The notes: generated from the sequence alone by a model not told the origin. A stretch of DNA of 64,000 bases from Andalucia godoyi And28 (GCA_009859145.1 VRVR01000033.1:124001-188000); one strand, 5' to 3'. Positions 50,051 to 61,644 are shown, counted from the first letter of the stretch. Translations and numbers: made by a program.

Positions 50051-51469
50051 TCAATCTTGTAGAACCAGCGTATCCAAAACAGCTACTCCTGCAGCAACAC
50101 CACCGTCCTCTTCTTTGGCAGATTTTGATCTCACGATATGACCGCCGTATGAATTCAATGCAACTGCGTTGACTGCAGAGGACGCATTTCCAACGAATAC
50201 GGAAAAAAACCCGTACTCTGAAACAGAATCCACCAGCGTCGCAGTCCGTTGGCGAACAAACACACAAGACTGCACGGGAGGCTCAATTCTCTTCATGAGC
50301 GTATATCCAAGGAGATCTCTTTTAGCTCGGAGAAACTGCACCATGGCTTGCCCATGGAGCAAATTTCCTCCGCCTTCCCGCTGGGGTTTAAGGACAAACG
50401 AATGTGGATCGGCCGCCACCATGTTCAAAAGCCAATCAGGACCATCTTCTTCAAGAGGATAAAACTCTGTCACATGTTCCGATAATAATTTGGCTTCATC
50501 TACGTTCAGGAACTGCGAAAAAACGAGCTCGGAAGAAAACACCTCCTGGATTCTTTTTGTGCCAGCAAGCTGGTAAGCGACACACGGACAGTTGATTGCG
50601 GAGGAACATTCCAGTAATTTTCTTGCATTCCATTCCTTTTCTGACGGATAATCGGTCGGTGCATATCCAGATCGATAATATACCACGGGAAATCGAAGCG
50701 CCAGCGGGTCTACAGGAACAGAAATCTGATGGTTCGCAGCGTATTCAGAACTGAATCTCAAATGGCCCACCTCATCAATTTCCATTTGGCTGTGCACTTC
50801 CTCCAACGTCTTGCGGAGAACGCGGATTCCATAGACATTAAACAACTCCAATTCGACAAAACGCTGATCCGCAAAGTTACGTTCATTCGGCTGGACTACG
50901 AAAAGGACTATTTTGTGCATCGATAGAAGAGGATGAGCGTCCACCGCAGCAGATAGACACTTTGCAAGGGACGAAAGAGAGTTGGAAAGAACAATCTTAG
51001 AACCAGCGTCCTTGCCAATGTATTTCTGCAACAGAAACTTCATAAACGACGCATGTTGGGATGAGAGCGCACCAAACGAGGCAGAGATTGTATTGATTTC
51101 AATTTGTTGCAGCTTTTGAGTGGGGTGGTCAAGCATGTAGTCCGAACGATGAATTCCGCATCGTACTTCCGATTGCACTCGCTGAGGACTCTTTTCACTT
51201 AACAGAGAGAGCAACCGAGCTGTGAAGTCATCATACTTGACAACTTGCTCAAGAGACCTCTTGATGAAATCGTGGTCTCGCGATATGCGGTCAACCAGAA
51301 TGGACCATGCAGGAGCCATCTTCACAGCGCGTTCGTACTCGGATCGCGGGAGTACACTTGGAGTCACAGAAAGGGGAAGATGCTGAACGTTTCCATCACG
51401 GCCCGTTGCACACAATCCGTGCAAAAATGCCAAGTGCGGAACGGCATCCAGATCTATTGCAGATTGCAT
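50051..51469 (-). CDS. GSS: Glutathione synthetase, eukaryotic type
   Basis: GIHRSDYM, QIEINTISASFG, ERNFADQ, VVYYRSGYAP, QLAGTKRIQ, FVLKPQREGGGN and EDGGVAAGVAVLD. Confidence 0.95.
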   Translation of the reverse strand: MQSAIDLDAVPHLAFLHGLCATGRDGNVQHLPLSVTPSVLPRSEYERAVKMAPAWSILVDRISRDHDFIKRSLEQVVKYDDFTARLLSLLSEKSPQRVQSEVRCGIHRSDYMLDHPTQKLQQIEINTISASFGALSSQHASFMKFLLQKYIGKDAGSKIVLSNSLSSLAKCLSAAVDAHPLLSMHKIVLFVVQPNERNFADQRFVELELFNVYGIRVLRKTLEEVHSQMEIDEVGHLRFSSEYAANHQISVPVDPLALRFPVVYYRSGYAPTDYPSEKEWNARKLLECSSAINCPCVAYQLAGTKRIQEVFSSELVFSQFLNVDEAKLLSEHVTEFYPLEEDGPDWLLNMVAADPHSFVLKPQREGGGNLLHGQAMVQFLRAKRDLLGYTLMKRIEPPVQSCVFVRQRTATLVDSVSEYGFFSVFVGNASSAVNAVALNSYGGHIVRSKSAKEEDGGVAAGVAVLDTLVLQD

Positions 51470-51881
51470 CTTATCCCTGCTATTCTTTGTTTTTCCCTTC
51501 TCACGTTTGTTGCGCAAAACAGGACCGAAAACCAGACAAGGAAAGGCGAACTGCAATGCAGAACATTCTGCATTTATATGTATATTTGGCTGTTGCACCA
51601 CAACGTCGGCAATATAAGCAAACCTTGTCCGGCTTTCGAAAGACTCCTTTGTCTTTCCCGTCTTGCTGCTTGCATCAAGTCCAATTTTGCTGGGAACCTC
51701 AAAGTCCAAAGATGAGAAAAGCACACATGCTGCAATGTGCTGCTCATTGCTAAACGTGTGGCCGGTGCGCACATTGCTGTTTGTGCTCACGACTTCCTGT
51801 CATTCGTCTCGATCCTGGTTAATTTCTGTCGTTTTAACGATACGGAGAACTTCCTTTCAGAGTTCTATTCTTCGAGGGAAA

Positions 51882-53996
51882 ATGTCCAATGTGGATGAAG
51901 GAATGATATCTGCTTTCGAGGAAGCAAAGGTATGTGTAGTCATGTCAGCTGTTTCATGCTGTGGTTTTTGTTCGTGTCTCATCATTGTCTGATTTCCCCC
52001 TCCCGCGCTCCCCATTTTTTAATGTCTTAATTTATATTTTTGAGGATTGTAAAGTGTGATCTGGTTGGACTTGTGCGCGAACGGAGTGAAATTCTCCCTC
52101 GAGAATATGCTTGGGCATCCGCTCGTTGTCTGGACTCTCTAAATGTATGCCATCCCACTGTTTCTCTCTTTTTTCCTCCCACCCTGTCTCTGCACCCTGT
52201 CTCTGCACCCTGTTTTTTGTGGGATGCTTGATCGCTGCGACTTTTTAAAAAATAGTATAGATTGTTTTCTAACGTGCATGTATTAGGATGTCATGTCTCT
52301 CGATACAAAGATGAATGCGTCGCAGAGAACAGACCGGCATGCATACGTGTGTTCCCTTGTTTTGCACGCAACGAATGACTTTCTCCAAGCTCTGCACGAT
52401 GTTGCCGAGAACAGAGTCATTCGAGGCGAAGCACTCCTTGATGCCGAGGTCAAATTTATTTCAGAAATCAACGATTACTACTACTTGTTGCTCAATGACG
52501 TTCGACCAGCGTTGTCACAAGGCAGACCGGGATCGCCCGGGACGGGCACGTTTGCTGGCAGTGCTGACGTGTTTGCACTTCCTGCAGAGACTGAGCAAGC
52601 TCGAATTGTGGATGCACGCGAGAAACCGGAGGCCTCCGAGGGGAAGGAGTCGGCAGTGCTGCGAGATGAAGAGATTGAAGCATTCGAAACGATGTATCTC
52701 CATCGTGTGAAGGAAAAGCTCCTACGATCTGGTGCGGTTATCGAAAAGAAAGCGTTTGCTGGGCATCCACGGTTTTTGTTTCTGTCTCAGTACCAGCTGA
52801 TTCTCACCGAATCCTTGTACATCCCAAAATTTTCGGTGGACTTGAGCACAATTCGAACCATTATTGTCAAAAGTTCGAACATTTTACAGATTGTAACAAA
52901 AGACAAGCAGACCTTTCAGCTCCAAACGCAGGAGGCAGAATCTTGGTTGGAGGACATCCAGGACGCAATGACAGCACTTCAAATCTACCAAGGGGACGAT
53001 GTTGCATCAGTTGAGTCGGAAATTGTGGAGGAGCGCTATGACGTTGTCGTCACCATACTAGGGATGGAGGACTTGCGTCCGAATGAAAAAGGAAGACCCG
53101 ACAACCCGTATTTCTTTGTGGGAGTGGGGAATCCCGAGCACTACGGCCAAGACCGCCGAAACAGACAGCGTTCGTCGACTCGCACGGGAACTCGCTCTCC
53201 GTCGTTTAACGAACAGTTCTTTGTGCAGCTAGTTGCCTCGAGAGAATATGTTCTCGACTTGAGAGTGTATTCTGCGGTTAAAGCGCGACAGAACTTCTGT
53301 TACGGTCTGGTTCAGATTCCTGTGGAAGAAATATTTGTTAGCGAAAGCCACTGTATCACCGAAACATATGATCTCCTTTCAGGAGATAGTGACAAAGAAG
53401 GAGGTGGGGGACGTGTCAAAGTGTCAGTCAAATTGCAAAACTGGATGCACAATCGCCTTCCTCCAGCCCGTCAAATATTTGTTCCAGCACTCATGTCTCA
53501 AAAGACGTTTGAGATTCGAGAAAAGGTCCCGCTGATTTTAGGGAAGAACAAGGACATTATTGCTGCAATCAAGGATGGTAAATCCAAGGACGAAACGTGG
53601 CTGGTGGACGCTGTGACGAAAAGGAGAGTCTATTCGCTGACCAAGACGTCCTTTTTCAAGAAGGAGTTCACTGTTAGCGACGACAAGGGCCCCTTTGCAC
53701 GTTGTTTTCACAAAATCAAGACCTTCAAGAAGAAGAAGATTCGCATGTATCTGATGAACGGGGAGTGGCTTTTTTCGATGGAGGGCGGTTCGTTCGATAC
53801 GAAGAATTATGATAATGAAGTCTATATCTTCAATGCTGCAGGGCTGACCGTCGCAAGCCTCCTTTTTGGTGTCGACTCCGATTCGAGTAATCCTGAGCGC
53901 GATGGTGGCCGAATGCTGATTGTGAACATGATTGATGCCGCGAGTGATCCGTCTCTTGTTCTTGTCTTTGCTTTGTACGCTTTGAGAACGTTGTAG
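51882..53996 (+). CDS. PH-like + C2 + LURP-one/scramblase-like domain protein; one intron (51930-52286)
   Basis: A 16-codon exon 1 joins in frame via GTATGT...CTAAC...TAG. Contains a PH-like segment, C2 motif DNPYFFV...SPSFNEQF and a C-terminal beta-rich tubby-like segment. Confidence 0.65.
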
Positions 53997-54751
53997 TGTC
54001 CATTTACACGGATTTTACAGCCTACAGGCAGTTTTGGAATGGAAAAATTTAGTATCATTGTTTTCATATTCAGCATGCTCCATTATCTGACGTCTTTTTA
54101 TGTCTCTGAGAACGTGTCGACGAACGGAACGTAAAAAATGAACGCAACACCATGCAGATTTGCGGTCGAGACTCGAGATTTGGGGCTGCAGTCGGGAATC
54201 CGAGAATTGAAAGCACTTTGCTGGGGAAGGGGCTCACCCGCTCGCCAAAAACATGCATCATTATTGATCGTCGGGCTAAGCTGTAACCGGCGACAGATCC
54301 AAGCAATATGCTTTTCGTTTTTTTAATTTGGGGCGAGCACTAACTCTTTAATGCAGATTGCTCTGAATCAAAGGGTCGTTACAACCACGAATTTCTTGGT
54401 TCTCGGTATCTTCGGGCATGGCCGGTTTGAGGTTGTTTGGGAAGATCCCTCTTTGGAGCCATGCGATGTTTTGTCCTTGATGAAAGGTGCCGCTTGAGGG
54501 TTCGATTACAAAAGACAAAACAAACAGAAAGAACAACAGAGAGAACGAAAAGTCAAGAATGAAGACATTCTGGACTTGACTACGGTAAGACAATCGCGTC
54601 TCCATAGGGTCAGATAAAAGTCAAGCTTCTGCCATAAATGTGTTTGTTTGATGTTCAATGTTGACACGCAAAAACGGTCACCCCGTCTGAAATCCAAAGA
54701 CTGCGATTTTGTTCTGAAGGCTCTTATTTGTAGTCAACGTTTCCACGAGAA

Positions 54752-55036
54752 ATGTCTGTGGAGGAGCGCGTCGAAAAGCTTGAGGAACGGGTGACGACCG
54801 ACCTCGAGGCTCGACTTGCGAAACTCGAAGATCTGTCTGCGGCGAATGGCGGTCCATCTTCCACGGCGTCTGTGTCAGTCTTCGACGAGCTGGCGCAGCT
54901 TCGTGCACTGCTTTCTGAAGAACGCGCCGCGCGCAGTGTCCTTGAAAGCAAACTGCGGTCGGCAGAAGCTGATCTTCTGAAACGAGATTGCAGAATTATC
55001 CATCTGCTTCGAACTATTAAGAAACATGACCCGTGA
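54752..55036 (+). CDS. Small coiled-coil hypothetical protein
   Basis: ATG-started 94-aa ORF with heptad pattern and AT-rich 3' flank. Confidence 0.6.
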   Translation: MSVEERVEKLEERVTTDLEARLAKLEDLSAANGGPSSTASVSVFDELAQLRALLSEERAARSVLESKLRSAEADLLKRDCRIIHLLRTIKKHDP

Positions 55037-55176
55037 TTTAACTTTAATAATTAATAAACGAAAAAAACAGCATCGAAAACCAAAAGCTATAGACTCTTTA
55101 CACATACAGGCATACAAAGGAAAAGAAGAATACGAGTGGATGAAAACGAAAGAGCAATTCAGTAACTGAAGAATGT

Positions 55177-56177
55177 CTAGTCTTCGTCAGAGTCGTCCAA
55201 TACTGTCGACCGAGCAGGCTTATCACACATGTACACATGGTACAAGCGCTCGTCGACTGCCGAAGTGGCTCCTGGGGGCCGAACCATGAATGTCGCATGT
55301 CGGACAGTCCATTCGTTGTTCCGTTCTCGAAGTAGAAACTGGGTTCTTTCCTCGGGAGGTGCAGAAGAAACAGAAATAAACACTGCGCCTGGCTTCAACA
55401 CCCGGATCGTTTCTCTACAAGTCTGTGCAATCGCCTCGAACGACCCTTTCTGAAGACATGCCAAAGAATCCAAAAACGCCTTGTCGATCACTAGATCGTA
55501 TGATTCCGAAGGGAGATCAAGACTTCGTGAATTCATGCACAAGTACGAAATCTGCGGTACATTGATATATGGCCACGAATCCGATGCAGACGGTCCTAAT
55601 CCACGGCAGAATGAAAGGAAGAAAGCGAGAAAGCGAGAAAGCGAGAAAGAAAGGAGCAATGGCGCGTGATGCACAAAAGAGGAGTGTAAGAAAGATTGGA
55701 ATTGTCAAAAACGGACAAAAAGAAGGAAAATCAAGCGAAAAATGGACGACAGAGACCACATACCAGCAATGGACTGAATGAGAGAGGCATCCTTGTCGAT
55801 GCACGTGATGCACGCAACAGGTGGCAGCTTAGAGGCAATTCCAGCTGCAAGAAGCTGATAGGGCAGACGGGACAGTCCTACGCCAATAATCAATACACGG
55901 GCATCTTCGGCACGTTTCCCGGCGCGACGCAGCGCATCGTGAATGAACGGTAGCAAAGGATCAAGGTTGCAGTACAGATCAAACGGCTTTGGATCACTTC
56001 CGCTGTATGTCGTGAATGCCTTTGTATTACTTTGTGCAACCGTCGCCATTCCTCAGTATCCTCGAATTGTTTGTATTTCTCGGATGATTGTTGTTGGATC
56101 ATTGGATGCTTTTCCTCTCCTTTTCTTGTCTGCTGGGGTGGTGGTGGTGGTGTTTTCGACGTTGGCAGTCTTGACAT
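55177..56177 (-). CDS. Class I SAM methyltransferase (EEF1AKMT4/METTL13-N-like); intron 55596-55763, 5' structure uncertain
   Basis: PFDLY, VLIIGVGLSRL, ITCID, YDLVIDKAFLDSL and RVLKPGAVFISVS motifs. A GTATGT...TAG phase-1 intron joins the two ORFs. Confidence 0.78.
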
Positions 56178-56563
56178 GCGGAGGGTTTCGGGGCTCTACA
56201 ACAGATGAATGCTAAATTTGGAAGTTGAACATCGAGCATTTGAGATTCGAGAAATATCAAAAAACATCTTTCGATTTTTGAGATTCGACATTTCCGAGGC
56301 TCCCGACTTTGTCCGACATCCGCGGAGTTGCAGAAAGAGTAAAGATAACAATCAAAGAAAAACAGATTGAGGACTGAGAGAATACAGTACAGGTAACAAG
56401 GTGCTCCTCGTCGGATTAAAAGAAAAAAAGAAAAAAAGAAAAGAAAACAAAAGAAGACCACAGTGTTATTCCGTATTTCTGACAGCTTGAAAGATTCAAC
56501 ACTTCATATTCAATTCGTTGCTCTGCGTCGGAATCGTCGTTTTAAAAAAAAATATTACTCTCC

Positions 56564-57727
56564 ATGAGCTTGTCTGCTACTTCGTCGAGTGTTCCGGAAT
56601 GGATCCGGGTTCTTGAACGGATCCTTTGCGACAGTTTTGGAAAACGTGTCGATATCCCTGAACCGTCTCCTCCTCCTCCTTCGCCATCTACGCGATTCTT
56701 CTCCATGGATAAAGGAAGGATTCACTGCCACCCCGTGTTTCCGGATCCCAAGTCTGCCTTCGCAGCCACATACTCCAACAATTATCCGCTGCTGCGAGAC
56801 GGGAAGCTAATCTTGTGGACTTCAGAAGGCAGCATTTTCCTCAAGATCATCGCGTGTTCATCAGAAACAGAATCGGCGTTTAAGGGATTGCAGACAGAGG
56901 CTGTTGGACTTCGACGAATTGCCGAGACAAAGACTCTTGTTGTTCCAAAGGTCATTTGGGTTGGCGTAATTTTGGACAAGGCTGTGCTTGTTCTCCAGTA
57001 TATCAACTTGTACCACTCTCATCAGCCTGCGCCTGCGCAGTTGCGCCAACCAACGTCAGACAAGCACGCCACCGCCCATTCAAGTGAGGATGTTGTAAAG
57101 GCGTGGTTTCGATTTGGGAAAGCGCTCGCCGCGATGCACAAACATGATTTTGGCGTTTCCCGATATGGTTTTGAGTGCCAGGAGGGGAGCATTGGACTGA
57201 ATCCACAGGATAATACATGGGAAGACAAGTGGACCGAGTTCTTCGTGAAAAGACGAATTGAGGTGCAGCTGGAGCTGGCTCGCGCCAACAAGCTGGACCT
57301 GGATTTCGAGTTGGCTGAGAAGTGTATCGCAGCGATTCGAAACATTTGGTTGGCGGGCCATAATCCAAAGCCGTGTCTTGTTCATGGCGATCTCTGGTTC
57401 GGAAACGCCGGTCTGTTGGATGAGACCCTCGAGCCTTGTACGTTTGATCCTGCTGCTTATTTTGGAGACCGCGAAGTAGATTTGGCAATGACAATGTGGC
57501 TGGGCTCGTTCCCAGAGAGCTTCTATCAAGGATATGTGGATAGCTTTCCTTTGGAGGAAGGGTTTGAAGATCGAAAGGTCGTTTATAATCTATATCACGT
57601 CTTGAATCACGCGAATCTGTTTGGTGGGGGATTTGTGGACGAAGTTGCAGACATCATGCGCGTGGTCTGCAAGGGGCCGTCGAAAAGTTCGCGAAACTTG
57701 CTGGTCATTTCAGAAAGCATATTCTGA
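56564..57727 (+). CDS. FN3K: Fructosamine/ketosamine-3-kinase family protein
   Basis: FLKI, EAVGL..IAET.TL.VPK, LAAMH, GSIG..PQDNTW...W.EFF, PCLVHGDLWFGN, FDPAAYFGDREVDLAM and YNLYHVLNHANLFG. Confidence 0.92.
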   Translation: MSLSATSSSVPEWIRVLERILCDSFGKRVDIPEPSPPPPSPSTRFFSMDKGRIHCHPVFPDPKSAFAATYSNNYPLLRDGKLILWTSEGSIFLKIIACSSETESAFKGLQTEAVGLRRIAETKTLVVPKVIWVGVILDKAVLVLQYINLYHSHQPAPAQLRQPTSDKHATAHSSEDVVKAWFRFGKALAAMHKHDFGVSRYGFECQEGSIGLNPQDNTWEDKWTEFFVKRRIEVQLELARANKLDLDFELAEKCIAAIRNIWLAGHNPKPCLVHGDLWFGNAGLLDETLEPCTFDPAAYFGDREVDLAMTMWLGSFPESFYQGYVDSFPLEEGFEDRKVVYNLYHVLNHANLFGGGFVDEVADIMRVVCKGPSKSSRNLLVISESIF

Positions 57728-58019
57728 AGTAAAACCAAATAAACAAACAACCAAACAACCAAACAAACAAAGAATAAATTATCAAGAACAGAAAACAGAA
57801 AACAAAGTGCAAGAAAGAAGAAGAAAAAAAAAATGAAGAATGAACTGTCAGAGGAAAATGGGACACAGAAGAATAATCTGCGTACGTTATGAAAAACGCT
57901 CATAATAAAATAATTCAAAAAAAAAAATGAAAGATGTATAATCCAAATCTTTTTACGGATATTGGAATTGAATGATAAGAACGACAAGGACCAAAAATTA
58001 ATACATCTGTCTAGGCTGC

Positions 58020-59840
58020 TCAGTTTCTCTGCGGGAGCAACGTGGGTTGCAAAACAGCCCAGATGGCTTTGGCAGATGGTGCCGGGCAAATCTTGATTTC
58101 AGAGCACACCTTTGCAGGAGTGGCGAATTCCGACAATTCGTACACAATCACTGGCAAGTACGTTGCAATCAAAGACTGGCAGATGTCGTTCAACGACGCA
58201 GGCAACTTAGCACATACTTGATCAAGTCCGTTGAGAATCGCAGCTTCCGTCCGGTTGGATGCAATGATCTTCTCAGCTTCCGAAATAATCAGCTTGCAGA
58301 TCTCGCATTCGACGGCATTCTGGACAGGGGCAGCAGCGACTTCGATGGGCATCATATCAATTGCAACCTTCGAGGCAGAACGGGAACCGCACTTGGTCGG
58401 CGAATTGCACAGGGTGAGCTCGTAGCAGATCACAGGCGGAGTCTCCTTTTGCAAGAATGCCTGAACCAAAGCCGGGAAATAGTCTGCAACAAGTTCGACG
58501 CACATTCCAGACAGGGAGGCGGGCAGCGCTGCACACAGCTTGTTGTCAAGGATATCCATGATGTTGGCTTCAGTACGCTGGTTTCCAATGAGCTTTTCGG
58601 CTTCTCCCATGATCAGCTTGCAAAGTTCGCATTCGACGACATTAGCCTTCACAGCAACAGGAGCTTCCATGGAGGACGGAGCACACAGCTTGAGGGTAGT
58701 GCAAAGCTGGTCGAGCGGGTACTTCTGATCGAGATACTGGATGATGGCCGGCGCATACTGATTGACAAGAGCAGTGCAGACGCCGCTCAAAGGCCCGAGC
58801 TTTGCGCAAATTCCGTCAAGAACCTTCTCGACATCAGTAACAACAGTCTGAGACGCAATGATCTGTTCAAGTTCCTTGGAGATCAACTGGCAGATGACAC
58901 ACTCAATTGCGTTTCCACCGACGGCCCCCTCCGGAGCAACGGCTTCCTCCATCGAAGAAGTGCAAAGGGAAATCTTCTGGCAGATAACATCGGCCGGATA
59001 CTTCTGCTCGAGATATCCGATGATTGCAGGGGTATATTGGTTGATCAACGACTGGCAAATTGGTCCCAAAGGTCCAAGCTTTGAGCAAACTGAATCCAGC
59101 GCCGCCTCGATCTTGGATTCCGAGTAGTTTCCAGCAAGAAGATTTTCAACCTCGGACAAGACAAGCTTGCAGATTGTGCATTCAAGACCGGAAGCCTCCA
59201 CGTCGACAGCAGTTGCAACAACGGCTTCCTGAGCCACAGCCTCCGTCAGAGCCATTGAGGCATTGCACAAGTTCAACTTCTGGCAGATAACCGTCGGAGT
59301 ATACTTTGCCTCGAGGTACTGGATAATCTGCGGAGTGTACTGGTCGATGATTCCCTGGCAAACCGACGCCAACGGACCAAACTTGGAGCAGACCTCGTTC
59401 AGAGCAGCTTCAATGTTGGACTCGGAGTAGTTTCCAGCAAGGAAGATCTCCACTGCATCGAACATTGCACCGCAGAGTGCACATTCGAGCTCGCTTTCAA
59501 CAGGCTCTTCAACAACCGAAACTTCAGTAGCGGCGCAGAAGCCGACCTTTTCGCAGAAAGCCTCCGCAGGGAACTTGTTGACCAGCCACGTCACAATGTC
59601 ATCCGTATACGCATTCACCAGGCTCTCACATAGCGATGCAAGAGGGTGGGCGATCTTCGAGCAAACATTGTCAAGCTCCTTGACAATGAAGGTCTCCGTG
59701 CGGTTTGACTCGACAACACGGTCGAGCTCTGTAATCACCAGCTTGCAAACGCCGCATTCAAGAGCATTGGCGCGAGGAACAGATGCCGTGGACACAGCCA
59801 ACAAGCAAAAGACTGCGGCAACCAAGAAAACAATCTTCAT
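58020..59840 (-). CDS. Secreted prosaposin/SAPLIP precursor with six saposin-B domains
   Basis: Signal peptide and six repeats of EC..C...C...C...C...C with N-glycosylation sequons (NRT, NYS). Confidence 0.9.
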   Translation of the reverse strand: MKIVFLVAAVFCLLAVSTASVPRANALECGVCKLVITELDRVVESNRTETFIVKELDNVCSKIAHPLASLCESLVNAYTDDIVTWLVNKFPAEAFCEKVGFCAATEVSVVEEPVESELECALCGAMFDAVEIFLAGNYSESNIEAALNEVCSKFGPLASVCQGIIDQYTPQIIQYLEAKYTPTVICQKLNLCNASMALTEAVAQEAVVATAVDVEASGLECTICKLVLSEVENLLAGNYSESKIEAALDSVCSKLGPLGPICQSLINQYTPAIIGYLEQKYPADVICQKISLCTSSMEEAVAPEGAVGGNAIECVICQLISKELEQIIASQTVVTDVEKVLDGICAKLGPLSGVCTALVNQYAPAIIQYLDQKYPLDQLCTTLKLCAPSSMEAPVAVKANVVECELCKLIMGEAEKLIGNQRTEANIMDILDNKLCAALPASLSGMCVELVADYFPALVQAFLQKETPPVICYELTLCNSPTKCGSRSASKVAIDMMPIEVAAAPVQNAVECEICKLIISEAEKIIASNRTEAAILNGLDQVCAKLPASLNDICQSLIATYLPVIVYELSEFATPAKVCSEIKICPAPSAKAIWAVLQPTLLPQRN

Positions 59841-60197
59841 TGTTGCTGAGTAAGAGGGGGACGGAAACACTAAAAAAATGAATATGGAGAAATCTTAAGG
59901 AAGAAAAAGAAGAGGAAGGAAAGCGAAAAGAAAACAAGAAAGCGAAAAGAAGAAAGATATATAAATACGATGCGATGACAAGGCAGCCCAGGCCCGCCTT
60001 TCGTTTGCTGGTTGGTTGCCCTCCTGTTGGACTGCGCAGGCCGAAAAAAGAGAATAAGAGAATAATTCTCCGCTAAGTGGTCGGGCATCGTTGCATGGAA
60101 ATAGCAGCTACACAGTGTGGGTTTTTTTGGACGACATTCATCAAGAAAGCGCATGTCTGTCACAAATGATGGATGTGGTGCTCGATAAGGGAATGTG

Positions 60198-60310
60198 TTG
60201 TTTTGAGCGCCTGCATCATCCACTGAAGATGCATATCTACGAATAGATATGCATAATCAGTCTTGCATCCCGTTGCCGGGAAGGGGATAGGCCCCCAACA
60301 CGCCTCACGG
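60198..60310 (-). ncRNA. Putative Fanzor omega-RNA scaffold / element right end, copy 2
   Basis: Same conserved blocks as 21285-21410. Hairpin TCCCG-GCAA-CGGGA and a perfect 11-bp hairpin with TTCG loop at 60229-60254. Confidence 0.6.
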
Positions 60311-60520
60311 CGTTCTTCAGATAAATGTTCCGCGCTCCGTTCCCAATCTCGATCAATCTGTGAGCCACTTTCTCAGCGTGACACGTTGTTCCTGAGAAGG
60401 GGTGCATTTTGATTCCGACGGCCCTAGCAGCAGGCGCTTTCGTGTCCTCAGTTGCAGCGCGATTGATGCAACTGGAGATACGAGAGGAAGAGGCGGTAGG
60501 CATAGTGACACATGGTCTCT
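60309..60520 (-). pseudogene. Highly decayed Fanzor2/TnpB C-terminal relic
   Basis: QIDRDW, then a 1-nt frameshift, then NGARNIYLKNA (RuvC-III). Eroded HYAYR and TED.TKA remnants lie upstream. Confidence 0.7.
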
Positions 60521-61644
60521 TAGGAGGTCTGCGGGACCTAGGAGGCCCTGTATCGAGCGGCGTAGGCGTAGGCGAATGCGTCATCCCAGCGCACTCATGC
60601 CCATATTTGAATTAAAAAAGTGAAACCAACGAATGATAGAATAGATGGCTACACGTAAGCACGAATGCCTGTGAAACAAAACGTGCCAGTGTCGGCCAGT
60701 ATTAACCATGTCTGTTTATGTATACTCCCCCGTATGCATGACAATGGCGTGTTATTAATCAACGGCATGCACGAGAATTTGAAGAAAAAACAAACGAATT
60801 GAAGACTCCTGCGAGCCCTAAGCTCCGGTAATCAAAGGACAATGTTATTTTTCAGTAAAAGACAGGCTTTCCCCCCACAGCATTCAGCGTCTTGGACGGC
60901 AGACGTCCAAAGCGGAGCGTAAGTGGCGTCCATTTGGGGCTCAGATACATCTGATTCTAGAGATCTCAGACTCTTTGCTGATCTTCAGCTGTTCACTCTC
61001 TTTCTTTCCCTTGCCATTCACTCTCATTCGTGTGAGAGGTGTAGAATCATACTGGTCGGCTGATATCAAGAGGAAGAAGAAGAAGAGGAAAAAAGGAAGA
61101 ATGGGCTTCAATAGAAACACTCCACTTCGCAGTTTAAAAAAGCGTGCTTCTTAAGAGCTGCGCTCGAATTCTCGATACATTGCATTAATCTTTTTTTTCT
61201 TAGAGTGAGGGGGACGATATGGCTTCCCGCTTACACCTCCGCCATCTTCCGAAGCTTCCCGCTTTCAGATTTGACGAGCAGTCAATTTTTGGTGCCTCCG
61301 GCCTGTTTTGGGAGGGACAGTGGACAGGATGATAGAGTTTTGCCCGGACGCCGTGCGGTTTTGCGGGGACGTGCGGAAGATAGACTGATGCTTGGCGGCT
61401 ATCAATGGATGGGAGCAACATCCTCTGTCTCCAACAACAGCGTCCGCTGTGCACAAGACCTTTTTGAAAATTCGTGACCGTCTGGCTCTTCTGTCCTCGT
61501 CTCTTTTTCTTTTTCTTTTTCTTTTTCTTTTTCCTTTTCTTTTTCCTTTTTCCTCCAACTGCTGCCCACGGAAAAAACAACAAAACAAAGAGAGAGAGAG
61601 AGACAGAGAGAACGAATCTGTCATAAAATCGCACTGAAAAGAAA

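Noticed and set aside
58047-59084. 345-aa plus-strand ORF and other long antisense ORFs (e.g. 15780-16517, 29907-30758)
   Set aside because: Antisense shadows of well-supported genes on the opposite strand.
60892-60910. 7-bp hairpin followed by GAGCGTAAGT, reminiscent of U3 box B
   Set aside because: Boxes A, C and D are not found in the proper arrangement.
61284-61292. AATTTTTGG Sm-site-like motif
   Set aside because: No U1/U2/U4/U5 or SL-RNA hallmark sequence nearby; expected by chance.
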